Notes under the pieces: model-generated
Told to the model about the DNA's origin: nothing
The model's database searches: none
What the model saw: the letters and a program-made list of their open reading frames with translations, nothing else
Part shown: one piece after another, positions 59,254-64,000 of the stretch
Layout: every line of letters starts with the position of its first letter
How positions within the stretch are numbered: the stretch's first letter is position 1
NCBI RefSeq assembly: GCF_000143415.4
Contig: NW_003314276.1
Location: 250,336 to 314,335 of the forward strand
Direction: 5' to 3'
DNA: 64,000 nt
DNA from: Selaginella moellendorffii
Taxonomy: Eukaryota; Plantae; Lycopodiophyta
Position numbers and translations under genes: made by a program

Positions 59254-61149
59254 TGTACTTGTTGTGTCTAGCTTTTTTGCGGCATATCTGGCCACTAAAT
59301 TTCTATAGAATGAACCTTGGAAGTCTCATAGCTTGGATTTTTTTATCTAGGGGGAGTTTCTTTTTGAGGAGAAAATTTTCCTCATTTGAATCTATATCGT
59401 AGGGATTCTCTTCTACATCCACATCTTTAGTTATCTCTCTTACCGGAGATACTAGAGGTGGTGGTTTAATGGCAAAGTGAGGCACAAAATTCTCTTGAGA
59501 TGTGTAATGTTCGTAGATGTGCCGCAAAAAGATGAAGACTCTCATTTTAACTTGCCTTCCTTTGCCTACTTGTAAAGCAACATTTTTCATTTTGGCCACA
59601 AATCTATTATAGGCAAAATGAGTTATGTTTATTTGCTATTTAGTCTTGATAGCTTCTAATAGATAAGCTATCTTAATACTAGCATTTTGCACAACCATCC
59701 TCCCGTTGATGATGGCACACAACACCTTAAGCCTAGCATGATAGTCAAGCTTCAAGTAGATGAAGTTGCATTCTCATCCAAATATATAGTTAGGGACGTA
59801 TTGATCAAGCATGTGATCCTTCTTGCCCATCATGATTAGTTTGCCAATGTTGTCTAGGCGAAAAGTTTGGGTAAACTAGGTGAGTCCAAAGGGATGGACT
59901 CGCTTGCGAAAAAGAAAAACATGCTTCGTTGGGTATCATTTCTGCATGAGCTCAATCCCTTGATCGATTTTTTTTTTTTTAAGTAGCTTTACATAGGTGA
60001 GTCACCCAAAAACATTAAGCCAAAACTTGTCATAGGGAGAAAGCACAAGCTCCTTAGATAGCTTTACTTAGACATTATCAAGCTCTTTGTCGCCAGACGA
60101 GATTTCCTCCACATGCTTGTATTGCCTAAGCATTTTTGCTATCCGTGGACATTTGTAGGTAAATTAGGCAATAGGGAGATGTAATGCAGTTCTAATAGAG
60201 GTGCCCAAGAGATATGAACTTGACTTAGTAGGTGGTGGTGATGGTGTTTGCTCTTGTGCGGCCCTAGGTGGTGTTTGAGCTACTGTACATTGCTTCGGAA
60301 CTAATCTTGGAATGTTGGCGCATCTTGGCAAAGGCATAGGGGTAAAGTGAGTGAGAGGGAAAGAGCGAGAGAGAAAAAGAAGCTCTTTAGCCTCCTCCAA
60401 ATTACCTAAGTTACCTTGCTTTATTGCATTAGGCTTAAGTTTTGTCTTTTTTCCTTTGTTTGCTTTTGTATACCAATATATTATGGAATTTTTTTTCCTT
60501 GTTGGCTTAGTAATCTCTACTCATTATTCCTTGTGGTTTGCTGGCAGAGTTTATAGAATGGGGCAAGAAAAAATATAAATGTTACTTCTAGAGTATGCAC
60601 CCATTCTTTTCTATTCCTCTAAGTCTTGCATTGCCTTGAGAAAAATTCTATAAACCATACCAACAAGATTTTGAGGGAAGGCTTGCTCCATAGAAAGAAA
60701 TATCTGTCTAATGTATCCCTTGATTTCTTTCCTTAGGACTTCTTGTCAAAGAAAGCACTCAAATATATGAGGGTTTCTTTAGCATAAAGATGAATATTTC
60801 CTAAGGGATATGTACTTTCCCTCTATCCTAAATGAATAAATCCTGTTTGAGCTTATCAGGAAAGGCTACTCCTATCCAATTCCACTGATTTAGCTCTTTG
60901 GGGAGATGGAAAAGCTTGGAAATAAGATCCTAAGTGATCTTAATATCCCCTCCATCCATTTTGAAAGCTAGTTTTTCAGAATCTCATAATTGAAGAACTA
61001 ATCTACCTTTCTGTGGTTCTAAAAAGTTTGATGTCACTTTGTAGAATTTTTGTAGATTTTTATCCTTCATCTAGTTGGCCATCCTATTTGTGCACTTAGG
61101 TAGCTTATCACGAATCCCTGTGCAATGCAAGGCTCTGTTATTCAAGATC

Positions 61150-62760
61150 TTCAATCAAATGTATATGCCCGAAAACTAGCTATGGAAACTATTACTATGC
61201 CACCAATTGCTAAAGGTCATCTCCGATAGACTAGAACACACAAGGCAGAATTGGGGAAAAGATGAAAGGTGGCTCTTTACTGATTGTGCCTTTAAAATGC
61301 CAAGTCTAATACATTCTCAGGGAAACTATTCAGGTTATGGAAAGAATTCAAAGGGAAGATGAAAAGAAAAACCAGCAAACAGCTACAAGTTGGACCAACA
61401 ACCAATATTTCTCAACAAACTATTCCAATATAAGAGGAAATGCTTGGGAGAAATAGGAGACAGAGGAATAGACAAGGTATGTCGGGACATATATAGTGCT
61501 GAGATGAGAACATTTGCAGAGGCTGATTCGATGCTGAAAGTGGGGGAAACAAAAAGAAACAGAGACATGCTAAAAAGCTTATTATGGCTTGGAAATCTCG
61601 ATGCACTAGTTAAAAAAAATTGAAACGAATTTTGATGATGCATGAAAGTATTGCAATTGGAGTATTAGGGAAGTCAGAGAAATAACACCAATATGGTGGA
61701 CAGCCAATAGAAAGGTGATATATACGGCAACTCAAGATCAGGCCAAATGCATTGCGTTTGATGTTGGTGTGGCCAGTTGACTACTACCATACAAAGTGCC
61801 TAAGGAAAGTATAAGACCAGACATGTCAAAAGTAGCTGATACAGTTAATAAGGATGGATAAGAAAATAACATCGATGGATCTAACAATAATGGAAGGTTT
61901 TGTAGCCAAGCTGTATTGGTTTAGGCAACAAAAATTAAGTGAGTTGGTCTGGGATCCAATGGAATGGAACTGGTAGGGAAAAAAGAAGGAAGAATTCTTT
62001 GTGTATGAGACAAAGTTGGGAAGAAGACTCATTCAGCTAAGCAGTGACTCGCTACTAATAACAAGAATGAAACGAGCTAACATACAAGACATGATACAGC
62101 AAGTTACATTAAAAGGGTTGTGAAAAGGAAGATGGGGACCGAAAACAAGATACTTTATGTGGTTGCTTATGCAAGATTGGCTACCATCTAAACGAAATGT
62201 ACATCTTCCAGACCAATCTTGTGATAAATGTGGGGCAAGGGAGACACAAAGGCACATACTTTGGGAATGTGAAAGTGCACAAGATATGTGGAGAAGCATA
62301 TATTAGTTGTTGCAACAGCATTCCTAAAGACAAGTGTGCCTCACATATGAAGCGGTAGTGTGGGGTCAAGCTGTTGTAGGAATGCGAAATGAAACAGACT
62401 CTTGGAAATAGTCTTTGACACAGGAAGGGGTGCCATGGTTTGACCAACTCAACACAACAAGAACAGATACAGAAGGTGTACCCTTAGAGGTAGTGAACCT
62501 ACTATGAGGAATTACGTTGTGGGAAGTGTGGAAAGCCAGGTGCAACAGAATTTTTAATGACAAACATGAAGGACCGAAGGTGGTGGTGTCATGGGTGTGG
62601 ACTAGAATGATTACTGCAGCAGCAGCCCGTGTCCTACAACTGGAAAAGAGAGGAGGGCAAAATAGTCTAGAGAAAGCTAAGAAAGAAGCACAGATTTGGC
62701 ATTTCTCATAGAAGTAAGGGGAGGTAGGTACTTGAGAATGGATGTGGACACCATTGGACT
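61150..62760 (+). pseudogene. L1-like LINE ORF2 3' remnant with zf-RVT zinc finger; boundaries approximate
   Basis: ~62142-62295 translates as KTRYFMWLLMQDWLPS...CDKCGARETQRHILWECESAQDMW, followed by LWEVWKARCNRIF; many stops. Confidence 0.8.
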
Positions 62761-63323
62761 AATGGTTCTGGATGACACATTTAGCAGACCTTTGGGATCT
62801 AGTTCATGAACAACCCCCCTCTCCATAAGTACTTCCATAGTAGACCCCTCTAGATAAAGGCTCTTTACTGATTTTGTGCCCAATGAAACTACACCCAATT
62901 TTTTGGTGTTTTGCTGGAAAGTAAAACACCTGATTTAACGATGAATCCATGTGAGGGCTTTATTTATGAGATTATTTATATTTTTGCACCCTAAGATATA
63001 GACAATATTTATGCTTATATCTTCATGATACTTTTTAAAACAATTTAAATTTACTATTGCAGTATCGTCCCCGTTTAAATTGTGCACTTCATTCCTAGAG
63101 TTAATATCTTAAACAAAATAAATAGACCATTTCATTTTCTCTCGATTTTGTTTCCAAGAATATCTATTTTGCTTTGATACTAAAGGACTTTATCTCTTGG
63201 ATTAAACTCATAAATGACTTTTAATAATCTATCATGTTTAGCCTTTTTGGCTTTTTGAATTGTGTGTAGGGTCTAGATTGCTCTAAGCTTAAACTTGTTT
63301 ATGTTTTCTATTTTGGCAAGTCT

Positions 63324-63990
63324 TTATTTAAGAGCTTCTTTTTCAACTAAGCCATTTTTAGTTGCAATACGCAAAGAGGAAATTATAAATTCCATAAGTG
63401 TTAAAGCTTTTTGGCCATAAGTAAGACGAAATGGTGTCATGCCTGTGAATACTTTATACATAGTCCTATAAACCCACAAAGCATCTAGGATTTCCTTATC
63501 AAAGTTTTTTTGATTGTCTTTTACAATCTTTTTCAAGATATTTTTAAGCACTTTGCTAGTTGATTCAGCCTGACTATTCCCTTGTGGGTAATATGGCATA
63601 GACTTTTTGTGATTAAGAATAAATTCTTGTATAAGAATTTTTATTATTTCATTGATAAAATAGATGCATTTATCTATGACGATCTATTTAGGTAAACCAA
63701 ATCTTATAATGATGTTTTTATAAAGGAATTTAGTAATGTTAGTGGTTGAGGCTTATTTTATAGGCATAGCTCTTCTACCCATTTAGTCACATAATTAGTG
63801 GCAACTAAAATGTATTTGTTCCTCTTGCTACTTGTCACTATAGGCCAATAAAATCCAATCCCCATTTATGAAATGTTTCATATGAATAGGTAGGATTTAG
63901 TTCATGGATTTTCTTTTTAGATGGTAGTTTATGTCTTTAGTAATATCAGAATTTTTACAAAAAATTGCTATATCTTTCCAAAGTATAAGC
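63324..63990 (-). pseudogene. Ty3/gypsy integrase core remnant
   Basis: WGLDFIG, YILVATNYVTKWVE and PYYPQGNSQAES...ALWVYRT...TGMTPFRLTYG, with stops and frameshifts. Confidence 0.85.
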
Positions 63991-64000
63991 CACCACAGTT

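Noticed and set aside
57300-60400. Minus-strand ORF fragments (57459-57773, 59303-59599, 60164-60400) as a host gene
   Set aside because: Broken by stops and an LTR insertion, with no recognisable domain; probably a decayed retroelement accessory ORF that I cannot assign.

Overview
Eukaryotic land-plant genomic DNA. Ciliary genes, introns mostly 45-55 nt and a plant telomere repeat suggest a species with flagellated sperm, possibly a Selaginella-like lycophyte (inference). 1-26.5 kb is a nest of LTR retroelements from three related LTR families (called A, B and C here). It includes a very young 7.3-kb non-coding element (6490-13780) and a Cassandra TRIM. 26605-38913 is a 12.3-kb DNA transposon with perfect 24-bp TIRs and an ATAT target duplication. 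It carries a disrupted Sola-like DDD transposase (minus strand) and a divergent multi-exon cargo gene (plus strand) with ParB-like, possible degenerate DNA-methyltransferase-like, acidic and FCP1/HAD-like regions. About 20 copies of a 24-bp palindrome (ATGGCRTG-N6-CAYGCCAT) are scattered through this element, in introns, UTRs and coding exons; I saw none outside it. This is the most interesting candidate system in the window. 39-44.5 kb holds a second Cassandra, a large inverted repeat, LTR debris and a Harbinger remnant. 45-55 kb is a compact cluster of three flagellar genes (RSPH1-like MORN protein, WDR35/IFT121, CCDC39). 55-64 kb contains a solo LTR with an odd inverted-end insert, an L1-like LINE remnant and a Ty3/gypsy integrase remnant. 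All domain calls are by eye from motifs; no searches were run.
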